A stretch of DNA of 64,000 bases from Tetramitus jugosus (taxonomy: Eukaryota > Protista > Heterolobosea), in the NCBI GenBank assembly GCA_937625935.1, contig OW569344.1, positions 248,001 to 312,000 of the forward strand, read 5' to 3'. A model generated the notes under the pieces. It had not been told where the DNA came from and made no database searches. It saw only the letters and a program-made list of their open reading frames with translations. The translations under genes were made by a program, and so were the position numbers. Every line of letters begins with the position of its first letter. Position 1 is the first letter of the stretch. This document shows, one piece after another, positions 45,664 through 56,635 of this stretch.

Positions 45664-47352
45664 TGTGTAATTGTTGATCGCAAAGCTTTTTGTTGTTTTT
45701 CAGCTTTTTTAGTTGTTGAGCCTATCCATCATACATCAAGAGCAACACGCACTTTCTCCTCCCAGACACAAAGAATCACTTTCGCATCATTCATTGTTCG
45801 GGAGAATCTTTTTCATGTGAGATCCAGAATGAGCAGACACTGTCGAATAGTTGCGATCAAACATGCAGATGGACAAAGGAATGTGAACTCGAGAAGGACA
45901 CCACTTCTTTGCCTCACTTCCATGCGTATTCCAAAAATAGTGATCATGATGATTATCCGTAATTTTTTTTCACACACTGCAACATTCTGTCACACACCAT
46001 TACTCAGCTTGGAGAATGAGTGAGAATAGGTGCGGGTGCTGTAGTGTGTCATCTTAGACAAGTCGGTTGGTGAACATCACACAATCGGAGCAAACTCCAT
46101 TTCCTAAGGGCCCGTGTGTGGTGAGGAATTTTTATCTATTGCCGGGTGATCCACCTCACTCTCTTGACCAACCAACGCCCGTGTGTTTGTCACGTCGTCC
46201 AAACAAAAAACAAACACACTCACAACAACAAACACGTCACGATTGTTGAGCCCGAACGACGACCGAAACCTGATCCGTAGTAGTAATAATAATTGACATC
46301 AACACCCACTTGGATTACACATACACAGCAGTTCAGTCAATCGAAACGAGTTCCAATTTTGCTGTTTTTTTGCTACGATCACCCAAACAAGAGAGAAAAA
46401 AGGTTTCCCGCCATAACGTATGATTGGACACGACTTTTACAATTTTTTTATTTTATTTTTATTGATGTGTTGAGTATATGTGTGTACGAGTGTTGCCGAA
46501 GTGTGGAGTGTAATTGCTAGAGTTGGTGCTTGATCAATTGTTGTTGTTGTTGTTGTCTATTGTTATTTCTATTGCGCTGATATCACCGACTCTCATTTTC
46601 CCTCCAAAAGAACAACGACCATGATTTATAAAGCCCGACGATGGAGCGAGACAAATTCTGATTGGTGAGAATACATTCTATGATGATCTCTCAAGTGCAG
46701 CACAAGATAATATCCTTCGTTGAGAAAGGATTGCCGACCCGTGTTATCTATCGGGTAGATCATGTTGGATGATAGAAGAGTAGAGAGAAAGATTCGATCG
46801 TGCAGATATGGAGACAAACTGGTGGAAAGAGAGAAGCACGAAGGGCATAATGATTTATTTTAATGTAATAATTGTACACAATGTGAAGCTCTAGAATACA
46901 ATACAACACACAATATCTTGATATCAACAAAAACATGCAGTTGCACCTCCAATTACCTCGGACAAACAACACAGTCACACTTCGAAAACGCGCATTTTTG
47001 TAATTTGAGTTCCGAAGTTGACCCAATTTTTTCCAACCGCCGTTTGTATCTTTATTTTGTATGATTTTGTGCATGCATGACACGTCGCATCGCCAAATCT
47101 TCCACAATCTCTTTATTTTTATCGCATGATTTGTATAGGAAGAAGAACATACCTTTTTAGTTGTTTAGCTCAGGCTGCTGCATCCTCAACTTTTCACACA
47201 AACGGTTGCATCAAAGAACCATTATTTTATCCTTGGACCAACAAGAATAAGAACAACAACACAACAAAAAACACCACAAGTCGAATACAAAATTTCAACT
47301 GCCGATACAAAAAATCAACAACCGATTGATTGATAGGGAACAACAAGAAAAC

Positions 47353-49836
47353 ATGACCCAGCAAAAGACTCACCTCTCGTGCGGCAACCTTCAATCATCC
47401 CATTTTGACCGAGTGCCCGTGCATGCACCTCCACCACCACCGCCGTTGCCATCTGGTGACCATCATTCTCATCACCACCACAACAACAATAGCAATCACC
47501 ACCACTACAACCAACATCACTACAACAACAACAACAATAGTGGACATCATCATCATAATTCGCACTACCATCATCATCAACACCACTACAACAACAACAA
47601 CAACAACTACAATGGTGGTCATCACCAGCAGCAACAACAAGGGCCACAGCACCACTATGCTCAGCCATACAACCATCATCCTCATCACCACCAGCATCAT
47701 CATCATCAAGCCAGTGGTCATAATCATGGTCCCTATCAAGCCCATCATTCCTCACCACCGAGCTATACAATGAACAGCTATGGAAAGTCATCACCATCTG
47801 CTTCTGCTGCAGGACATCATCATCATCACCATCACCACGGTCATCACAACCAATACAATGGTCCAAATCATTCAGCGCCTTATCACAGCAGCAATGCACC
47901 ACCATCGGCACAACAGAATTCCTATGATCATCATCATTCCCATCATCATGCTCATCCTCAAAGCGAAAAGACTATTGTTGCTGGCAATAACAAGGGCTTT
48001 GGTGACAACATGAAGTCTCATAGCATGAGTGCTACTTCGACACCTACTCCTCCAGCTGGAGTTGCTTCCGCATCTTCTCCCACCTTGTCATCCTCATCGT
48101 CCTCATCGTCATCCTCACTGGCTGACAACACTGGAATCAAAACTCCACTCAAGGTTGAAAAACATATGGACCACAATAGAGCACTCTTCAATCATTCTCC
48201 TTCCTTGTCTGAGAAGAAGATGAGTATGGTGAAGGATCAAGCGGTCATGAAGGCAACTAGTGCCATGAAGACAAAGCCTCAACAGTTGCAGCCTCAGCCA
48301 CAACCACAAAAAAAGTTGAAGCACTTAAAGTTGGAAGATTTTGCCGATGATGACGAAGACGATGAAGACGATGACGATAGTGGTGACAATGATGAGAATG
48401 GAAAGGTGAAGCGATCGAGACATATGCCATTGGCTTGTCCCTTTCATTATCTCTCTCATACGAGATGTGACACAAAGACGTGTGCCACGAGAAAGCTCTA
48501 CAACAAGAACACATCACCATTGCACGATTTCCAATACCGTGCTCTAAAGACTCTGTACTCGAATCATAAGCCGAATCGAACCTTCTTCATGAAGCGAGTC
48601 AAGATTTTGTTCCGTCAATTTGCACCCAATGGACAAAGAGCTTTCGATGAGCTGTTGAAGGAACTGAAGCAACAGCACATTGTCAATCAATCAGAGATTG
48701 ATCAATGCATTCAACAGGAGCAAGAACAGTTGCAACACAAGAGAAAGAGTCCAAAGAGCAAGAAGAAGTCATCATCATTGAAGTTGCCCACTACAACAAC
48801 AGGTGTCCCATTGTCCAATGTTTCTCAAAACATTAGTGCTGGTGCGACTGTTCGAGTGAAGAAACCCAAGACTTGCAGCGGTCAAGCAAATTTGTCTGTC
48901 AACAGTAGTGTAGCTACCACCACCACTGTTGGATCCAAGAGAAAGATGGATCAACTGACGTTGCTTGCTCAACAGCAGCAACTCATCCTACAGCAACTTG
49001 AAATGACCAACTCGACGAATGACGGTTCCGCACCAGTCATTTTTGATGGACTGGATTTTGATCCCGCACTGCTTGCAGATTACGGAAGAACATACAACAC
49101 GAGAAACAGGAAAAAGAGAAAGGTTGAGGAGAGAGTAGAAGAGACCAGTAGCAGCGAGTCTGAGGATGAGTCTGAAGACGAGAAGAGCACTGTCACAATT
49201 CAAACTCCTGCAAGAGAACAACAGAACCTAATCATACAAGAGCCAACTTTGACACCTAATTCAGCAACTCTCAACAGCACTCAGCCTGGAGCCCAAGATA
49301 AGTCTTCCTTCATTGTAGGTGTTGTTGAACAACAACAGAAATCCACTGCGAACCTCGCAGCCGGACTAGTGTCTACATCGCTCAGCGGTACTGCATCAGA
49401 GTCGAGAATGCCCACCGTCCATGCTCCAACCATCATCACTAGCACAGAAACTGACACTGAACTAAGAAAAGCAGACATAGTGACTCAACCCTCCAAAGAA
49501 ACAAAGATGCCATGCAACGAAGTGCTGTGGTACGAGTACGATGCCGACAAATGTGACCACCAGGTTCTTGTTCAGAACAAGAATGGTGACTGGATTGTGC
49601 AGGAGAATGGAGGTCACAAGTTTGTCGACATGGAGGATGATGACGATGATGAGAACGACACCTCATACTTGAATTCTGATGACGACGACAGCGATACAGA
49701 GTATCATTGTCACAGCTATCATCCAAGTTCTTTCCCAGAGAACGAATTTGCTTGGCAGAGCTTTGCACCACAGCACAACCGAGAAACAGACATTGCTCAA
49801 CTGCTTGTCATGATGGGTGTTGACCCCACAAACTAA
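47353..49836 (+). CDS. His/Asn/Gln-rich putative transcriptional regulator with a CxxHxxxHxxCxxxxC motif
   Basis: Low-complexity N-terminus, 'ACPFHYLSHTRCDTKTC', several NLS-like basic clusters (KRKSPKSKKK, RNRKKRK) and acidic tracts. Confidence 0.7.
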   Translation: MTQQKTHLSCGNLQSSHFDRVPVHAPPPPPPLPSGDHHSHHHHNNNSNHHHYNQHHYNNNNNSGHHHHNSHYHHHQHHYNNNNNNYNGGHHQQQQQGPQHHYAQPYNHHPHHHQHHHHQASGHNHGPYQAHHSSPPSYTMNSYGKSSPSASAAGHHHHHHHHGHHNQYNGPNHSAPYHSSNAPPSAQQNSYDHHHSHHHAHPQSEKTIVAGNNKGFGDNMKSHSMSATSTPTPPAGVASASSPTLSSSSSSSSSSLADNTGIKTPLKVEKHMDHNRALFNHSPSLSEKKMSMVKDQAVMKATSAMKTKPQQLQPQPQPQKKLKHLKLEDFADDDEDDEDDDDSGDNDENGKVKRSRHMPLACPFHYLSHTRCDTKTCATRKLYNKNTSPLHDFQYRALKTLYSNHKPNRTFFMKRVKILFRQFAPNGQRAFDELLKELKQQHIVNQSEIDQCIQQEQEQLQHKRKSPKSKKKSSSLKLPTTTTGVPLSNVSQNISAGATVRVKKPKTCSGQANLSVNSSVATTTTVGSKRKMDQLTLLAQQQQLILQQLEMTNSTNDGSAPVIFDGLDFDPALLADYGRTYNTRNRKKRKVEERVEETSSSESEDESEDEKSTVTIQTPAREQQNLIIQEPTLTPNSATLNSTQPGAQDKSSFIVGVVEQQQKSTANLAAGLVSTSLSGTASESRMPTVHAPTIITSTETDTELRKADIVTQPSKETKMPCNEVLWYEYDADKCDHQVLVQNKNGDWIVQENGGHKFVDMEDDDDDENDTSYLNSDDDDSDTEYHCHSYHPSSFPENEFAWQSFAPQHNRETDIAQLLVMMGVDPTN
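47455..47950 (+). repeat. Coding CAT/CAC/AAC trinucleotide low-complexity tract (poly-His/Asn)
   Basis: Runs of catcatcat, caccaccac and aacaacaac. Confidence 0.85.
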
Positions 49837-50042
49837 TCCAACACCTATCGATCCATAATACCACCCATTCACTCTCCACCCACCCAACCACACCTACCAC
49901 CATTCAAAACATCCACCAGAAAAAAAAAATAAAAAAAAATCTCTAGTTCAATTCACACATCCACTGCGCGGAATAACAAAAACTGTGTTGCTCGACAAAT
50001 CATTTTTCTTTCCACACAGCAAACAACACAATTTCCACAATC

Positions 50043-52412
50043 ATGATGATTTCCTTGTCCAAGTTGGCTGCAAGGTATCACGCCACAAGAATGTCATGGA
50101 ACACAACAACAGCATGTTCACTTTATCACCATCACACCCACACTACTGCCCACACTATTGCTTCCCATACACATCATCATCATCATCATCATCATCAACC
50201 ACAAGTACACTCATTCCATCATTCCATATCATCACAGCCACTACTACTACAACAACAACAACAAGCTTCTTTGCGTTCATCATCATCATCATCATCATCA
50301 CTCATCCCCACTCACAACAATAACCACCACCACCACAAAAAATGGACTCATGATCACGAACACCATCAACACCATCAACACCATCAACAAATCATAAAGA
50401 GCTTTGATTCATCTGCTCAACCGTTCCGCAGTGAACACTATCACGTTCTCAGAAAAATCAATCGGAGTCTCTATGTCAAGGCACCATGGAACGCATCTCG
50501 TCAAGTGTTCATCTACCTAAAGCGACACGAAGAGTTCCTGGGTCACAGCATCAGTAGCGACAAGGACATTCCTACTTGGCTCAACACGGATCTCGTGAGT
50601 CGAATCTGCGCTGATTTTGTTCATTGTCCACCACTGCTCATGCACAGGTTCATATCAGAGATGAGCAAAGTATCAGAGTCGTTGGTTGATGAACGAGTGA
50701 TTAATCGATTGGTTCAGAGCTATTCGATTCATTTTCAGTTGGATAGTGCGTTTGCAGTGGCATTTGGCAGAGAAGTGCCCAACGGTTACACGATACACAA
50801 GGTGTTTCAACCTGATTTGATCATGCTCTGCTCAGTGATGGACGGATTTATCAAGCAGGAGAATTATGAGAGTGTGCTCGGTTTGTTCAAGATTATTGTG
50901 GATTATGTGAATCGGGCGACTTGTCCATTGAGGAGCAACATGGATCGAAAACAAATTTCTGCAGTGATGGCCAAGATGATTTGCACGTACAATCGAATGG
51001 GTGAACCAGAGTGCGCATCCTACTTGTTCTCCTATATGCTCAAGGAGCATGAACAGTTTTTTACCAAGCAGTACATTGCATCGCAACCGAGGCTTCAAGC
51101 CCTGGTTGATCAATTGGATCAGTTGCCAGAGTACATTGTAGAGAATATACGGCCAAGCTCCAGTGCACTCAACACTCTAGTCAGAGGATTTGTTGACAAT
51201 GGGTTGTTGGATCAAGCCTATCAATTCATTCGTTCATCGCACGATTTTCATAATCGATTGCTCGATATGGATGGAGTCGTGTATAGGAATGAAACAATGA
51301 GAGTCAAGGATGAGCCGAATGATCCATTTAACCTTATTCATTCGATTCATATGGCCAATCGATTCACTCATGTGATTCGTGGCTATGTCGAACGAGGTGA
51401 TCACGAATCTGCACTCGATGTCTTCCAATTCATGATATCGGAGGAGTTGAAGGAGACCCAGAAACAATTGAGTCGATCAGCCATTCGACCAAGCACAGAG
51501 ACTATTGCTGTCATGGCTAAGAGCTATGTGCAGTATGTGTCATTGCCAAAGGCACTTGATTTTATTAAGAGTAATCAGCAAAAATATGGTATTTTCGTTG
51601 ATATTAGTGTTTATAATGAGGTGTTTGAAGGATTGATCAACAGTGGTCAGCACAATCTCATTCAAAAGTTGTTTGATCAGTTGTTGAGCAATCGACTCAC
51701 ACCACAACAACCAAACCTAAAAACCAATGAGATTATTGTCTCTGGATACGCGCAAGCAGGAATGCTAGAAGATGCTGAACGAATGCTCACATTCAAGCAC
51801 AGGATCGCTCCTAGTTACAGACCAACTGCTCAGTCATTTGATTCCTTGATATCTCAATACCTGAAGACGTATAATTTCGAGGCAGCTCTGAGAGCATTGG
51901 ACACAATGATGGTTTCTCATGTGAAGCCAACAGAGAAAATTATTTCGCAGTTCTATTATGCCTTTGTGACACAAGGATCGCTGTCACCAGGAGAGTTGGA
52001 AGAATTGGTCAAGCAAACAATCATTTCAATTGACAATGCTCAAAAGCGAATCATTCTAAATGAGTTTATCCAAAGCATTCGAAAGCTTGAGAGTTTGAAG
52101 AGTCAACATAATCACAACCCCAATGAACTTGCTACGATTTTGCTCGATGCCACCATGGCCAAACTACAGAAACATAGAGATGTGGCCGAATTACACAAGA
52201 CCAATTTAAGAATGGAGAGAGTAGATCGGACTAGATCCACACAAGTGCAACTGTTCCCTCCAAAGGGAGGTCGAAATGCAAAACTACGTTTTGCAATGAA
52301 AAAATCTGATGAAGTCAAGCGTCTAACACGACAAAGAGAGAATGATAGATTATTGGAAAAGCAAGTCAAGTGGAGCCAGAAGGAAACATCCAACGTGTTG
52401 AATCGCGATTAA
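50043..52412 (+). CDS. Pentatricopeptide-repeat protein, probably mitochondrial
   Basis: PPR-type units 'ALNTLVRGFVDNGLLDQAYQF', 'FTHVIRGYVERGDHESALDVFQFM' and 'IIVSGYAQAGMLEDAERML'. Presequence-like N-terminus. Confidence 0.85.
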   Translation: MMISLSKLAARYHATRMSWNTTTACSLYHHHTHTTAHTIASHTHHHHHHHHQPQVHSFHHSISSQPLLLQQQQQASLRSSSSSSSSLIPTHNNNHHHHKKWTHDHEHHQHHQHHQQIIKSFDSSAQPFRSEHYHVLRKINRSLYVKAPWNASRQVFIYLKRHEEFLGHSISSDKDIPTWLNTDLVSRICADFVHCPPLLMHRFISEMSKVSESLVDERVINRLVQSYSIHFQLDSAFAVAFGREVPNGYTIHKVFQPDLIMLCSVMDGFIKQENYESVLGLFKIIVDYVNRATCPLRSNMDRKQISAVMAKMICTYNRMGEPECASYLFSYMLKEHEQFFTKQYIASQPRLQALVDQLDQLPEYIVENIRPSSSALNTLVRGFVDNGLLDQAYQFIRSSHDFHNRLLDMDGVVYRNETMRVKDEPNDPFNLIHSIHMANRFTHVIRGYVERGDHESALDVFQFMISEELKETQKQLSRSAIRPSTETIAVMAKSYVQYVSLPKALDFIKSNQQKYGIFVDISVYNEVFEGLINSGQHNLIQKLFDQLLSNRLTPQQPNLKTNEIIVSGYAQAGMLEDAERMLTFKHRIAPSYRPTAQSFDSLISQYLKTYNFEAALRALDTMMVSHVKPTEKIISQFYYAFVTQGSLSPGELEELVKQTIISIDNAQKRIILNEFIQSIRKLESLKSQHNHNPNELATILLDATMAKLQKHRDVAELHKTNLRMERVDRTRSTQVQLFPPKGGRNAKLRFAMKKSDEVKRLTRQRENDRLLEKQVKWSQKETSNVLNRD
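50125..50390 (+). repeat. Coding CAT/CAA trinucleotide repeats read as poly-His, poly-Ser and poly-Gln
   Basis: (CAT)n is read as His in one tract and as Ser (TCA) in the next. Confidence 0.85.
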
Positions 52413-52430
52413 ATAAATTGTACTCGTTGC

Positions 52431-53475
52431 TTAGCATATGGTTCCATTGTTCTTTCCATACAACTGACTTACGACCTGTTGTATTTGATTGTGCACACTG
52501 TTTGGGTCATTCTTGTCCATACTTAACCAGAACCTGGCTGCTCCATGTGCCCACTCGGTTGATAGATTCAAATGAGCAAGGGCTGTCGTGTAGTCTGATG
52601 CCTGACAGAAATCAAACTTGACCACTGTTGTTTTCCGAATGAAAATATCATCATGTTAACCGGTTCGTCACCATACAACAACACAAGAAACATATGAGTA
52701 ACTTACTTTGGTCTTTGTAAAGGCTATTAAATACAACCACACCAGTCTCCAACATGACCATTTGTTCAAAAGAAGCAATTGATTGTTGAATCTGATCTCT
52801 TGTGAATGGCTCAAACTTGGTGCTGGTATGGTTTGCAAAGTACTCGTTTGCTCTCGTGATGAAATCAATGGCATCTGCATCGAATCTAATAAATGGGAAC
52901 AATGTAAAATTATCTGGTTTGTACAGAGTAAAGAACTGGAAGGTGTCTGCAGCGAACTCGATCGGGTGATCGTACTCTGGTGTCAAGTAACCTGTTCTCC
53001 AATGACCCACAACATCCTGAGCCAAATGATTGCCATAAGCGAGAGAGAAGGCAATTGGATCAAACTGCTCTGCATTATCGCCACGAAGACGATGTTTTTT
53101 CACTTGTTGTTTTTGCAGCGTGAGAGCATATTGATACTGATAGGATGCAAACTCGAACGAGTGAAGTCTCATACTCAGCTTCTTGACAGCATCAGGCGAG
53201 CTCCCACCCAAGACGTAGCTCGTCCTCTTGTTCAGCGCACCATTCACTTTCGCGCTTTGCTTCCTCACTACAGCGGAATCGGAGTAACATGAGGCCACTC
53301 CTCCTGAAGTAGTACCACTGCTGCTTGGCAACAACAGTTGGCAGGCCCACGATTGATGAGTCAATGGACCCCAGGATTGTGCATGCGACACTAGCAATAA
53401 CAACAGCAAGCACACAAAAATACACAGGCACGAGGAAAAACGTTCAAATTTCACCATAAAAAGAGAAGACGACAT
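52431..53475 (-). CDS. Secreted zinc-dependent phospholipase C / P1-nuclease-fold protein, 2 exons (intron 52706-52625)
   Basis: Signal peptide followed by mature 'WGPLTH', then 'GGSSPDA', 'HLAQDVVGH' and 'HPIEFAAD' tri-zinc ligand pattern. Confidence 0.75.
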
Positions 53476-53743
53476 GTTGAGTTCAAATAGATCACTCTCT
53501 CAATATTTCGATTGGTTGATAGTTGTCACGAAATAGTTTCGAATGTTGTGACAAATCTGTCATGTGTTGGAGGCGGCGGAGTTTGAGAGGAGAAACACTC
53601 AATTTTCTCCTATCGGTATTTAATGGTGCCGCAAGCCGTCACAAAGTCTCGTAACTTTTCCGATTGACTGGAAATACAAATGAGCCACACACAACTTACT
53701 GAACACTAAGCCACATCTTAAAATCATCCTTTCGAATATTTTC

Positions 53744-54716
53744 ATGGAGGTTAACTCAATGGATGAAAACAACAGATTGAGGGACTCCTCAACTGATTCG
53801 AGAAAACAAAGGAGTCAAGAAGTAAAGAACGTTGAATTCGAATTTCTAGGTAACCGAATCGAGAGAAGAAACAAAAGAACGAATATCGAAGCAACAATGA
53901 GCAAGACAGACTATGACGAGGAGTCAAATGCTCAGGAATCAGTCGATACATCAGACGACTTGTTTCTGGTTGAGCGTGGTTCCCCCATTGAGAATAATTT
54001 AGATCCATCGGTCGTTCCTGTTGAAGTGGAAGAAGAAGTGATACGAACAGTCATTCCTATCCCGTCTCACATGACTCAAAGTGATCCAGGATATGACTAT
54101 TTCGTCCTTCAGCGCACACAGATCACGACCACTACTGTAACAAGACTGTTGAAAGTTGAACCAGAATCTGGTGCATCCTCTCGTGTGACATCTGCCAAGA
54201 CAAAGATTCAAAAGAGAAAGGTAAAATCTTTTCTTTTCAAAAACAAAGCACGTAGTCTCGAGGATAATCCTTGTTGGGATCCCCCCAATTAAAAGTAACA
54301 GGCCAAAATCAGTTCGCCTGTATCGATCTACTACTTTTCTGGAATTGTGAACACGAGTAGTGTGGGAATAGATTGACTAGAAATAAACGTTAAACTGTAA
54401 GATTTCCGTTCAATAACTTTCAACAAAGAATAACAAACCACATGTTGGCAATCAACAAACTTTGCTCGAAGTGGACCCAATTTAAAGTCAAGATCTGTTC
54501 TCCACTCTTTTCTCTTTCTACAGAAACTTAGCCGGGAGTCAGACGCACTTGCCCCTACAAATGGGAATGAAACAATTGCGAGTGTTGATCTTGAGGAAAG
54601 AAATAATTTAAACTTTGATTCAACATGCATGAGTTCCTGGAATCGACCTATCCTCCCTCATGCTGTTAGCAGAGTGGAAGATCATCTGAAGAAGATTTTG
54701 CAAAGTGAGCAATAAA
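53744..54716 (+). CDS. Hypothetical protein; 3' structure uncertain (ORF 53744-54292, possible spliced last exon 54521-54716)
   Basis: 182-aa ORF. A donor at 54221 (GTAAAA) and an acceptor at 54520 (ctttctacag) would add an open in-frame exon ending at TAA 54716 with an overlapping AATAAA. Confidence 0.45.
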
Positions 54717-54824
54717 TGATCAAGTTTTCAAATAGGATTCTTATACCTCAAGACAATCCTTGTCTGGATCCTCCTTATTTATATTAACAAAATAATACAA
54801 CAATTGATTCAACAATCCAATTTC

Positions 54825-56459
54825 TTAAAAGAATGGATCATTGCTGAAGCCTTGGTTTTGTTGTTGTCTCTGCTGTGGGAAGCCTTGATTCTGTTGGAAT
54901 TGTTGTTGTTGTGGATAGCCAGTATTGAAACCTTGGTTTTGTTGGAATTGTTGTTGTGGGTGTGGTTGTTGGAACTGCTGTTGTTGTTGGAATTGTTGTT
55001 GAGGATAGCCTTGTCTTGGTGGTTGGTTTGAGCTCATGACAGGTGAGAATGATCTACCACCTTGTTGTTCCTTCAACTTCTTCAATTGACCAATGGTCAT
55101 CTTGGAGCCTTGATTTTGTTGATCTTGTTGCTGTTGTTGTTGGGCAGATTCTCTCTTCTTTTGCCCATTGCCAGACAACGACAAGTCAACTAGACCCTGT
55201 GTAAAGTCAAACAATTCATTGTTGTGTTGCGCTTGTTGTTTCTCTTGTCCAAAGTTGTCATCAAAATCGGCTTCAAATCCTTGGTCGTTGCCAAAGTTGG
55301 CCTCAAAACCACCTTGGTTGTTGTCGAATCCACCATCTTGCTGCTGTTGCTGTTGACCAAAACCTCCTCTAGGGTTGAATCCAGAATTGTTGTTGTTTCC
55401 TCCGAATGGATCATTGGCAAATGGATCAGCAAATGGATCGACTTGTTGCTGTGATCTAGTTTGCAAGTTGTTGTTGTTGGAGGTGACAGGAGCATTGTCT
55501 GATGGGAAGAACATGTCCATCAGATCAGACTCCTTCTGCTTAGGTGCCTCCTGTTGTCTTGGTGGTCTGTCCATCTCGAATGAAGGAGGGCGTGGCTTAG
55601 AAGCACTATCACCTCTCACCTTCACATTAGAATTCTTACGTCTTGGAGAAGGCTCAGAATCATCATTGTCATAGGAAGCCTTTCTAGGAGCTGGTCTAGA
55701 GTCTTCTTCGTCATCATAGCTTCTGCGTTGTGGTGCTCTTCTCGCTGGTCTTTCGTCCTCCTCCTCGTCATAGTCATCATAGGATGCCTTGGTTGCGGCA
55801 TGAGTTGGTCTGCTAGACTTTGCTGCGTTGCTCTTGATTTTTGAGGCCTTGAATCTGGATTCGGTCCGGGAGAATCCCTCAAACTTGTCCTTCATTGCCT
55901 TGGCCTTCTCTCTCTCCTCCTGAATTGCCTTGTCGTCTTGCAAAAAGGCAACAACCTTCTTGGACAAGTCTCTGACCTGAGAACCTTGATCCTTGCCCTT
56001 CTCATCGACATATTGGAAGTTTTTCAATGCGCGGATTGTGTAAATTTGATCCTTTGCCTCATCAATCACTCTCTCAGATCCATTCGCAACCAAATATTCC
56101 AACAATTGGAGTCCCTTGAACACGTGTCTCCAATCCTTTCCAGTATCTTGCATACGCTTCCACAATTGACCCATAATTAACTTAAAATCTTCATAGTTGT
56201 ATGTAGCTTCAGCAACTTCTTGCTTATCTGACACTTTTGCTCCCCAAGAGTCATTGGATGTACATTCTCTCACCTTGATCTCGATTGGAGTCAATTGCAT
56301 AACAGTGTTACGCCTACGTTGGTCATTTTTTTTGATAGAGTGAAAAGAAGAGACAAATAATGGTGTGATGATGATTAGTGCTCATGTTGTTGTTGTTTTT
56401 GATGATATGAATAACACTTACAAATCCTTGAACTTTGACTTAATTTCAAACAATGCCAT
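54825..56459 (-). CDS. Epsin/EpsinR ENTH-domain clathrin adaptor, 2 exons (intron 56421-56314)
   Basis: ENTH 'KVRECTSNDSWG...WRHVFKGLQLLEYLVANGSE...GKDQG'. DPF motifs, FEANF/FEADF motifs and clathrin-box-like LMDM/LFDF/LVDL in the tail. Confidence 0.92.
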
Positions 56460-56635
56460 TGCTTTATGATGAGTTTTATTGGATATCAAATATCAATAAT
56501 CACGCGTGATAAAAGGGTTGTGTTGATTTGTTTCTTCGTGTGTTCCTTTGTAATATCAGTTGACTTTTTTGCGGCGACAAAAATCCGCTAAAAATAAAAT
56601 AATTCGGGAATCTTTCTGACTTTGGAATCTTCTCT

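Noticed and set aside
46030-46100. SRP RNA (TGTAG Alu-like motif and CGGAGCA)
   Set aside because: No helix-8 AGG...GNRA...AGCA geometry, and the element is too short.
46255-46295. AACCTGATCCG resembling part of a TPP riboswitch
   Set aside because: The required upstream CTGAGA and downstream TAATxCCxGCGxAGG elements are absent, and there is no thiamine gene nearby.
47315-47911. Cys/Val/Met-rich alternative-frame ORFs over the His/Asn tract
   Set aside because: Artefacts of trinucleotide repeats that lack stop codons in the other frames.
1743-56459. Functional cluster of PI4P/trafficking genes (SAC1, PI4KA, VPS53, SEC13, ELAPOR, epsin)
   Set aside because: They are scattered among unrelated genes on both strands, and trafficking genes are common, so chance is sufficient.
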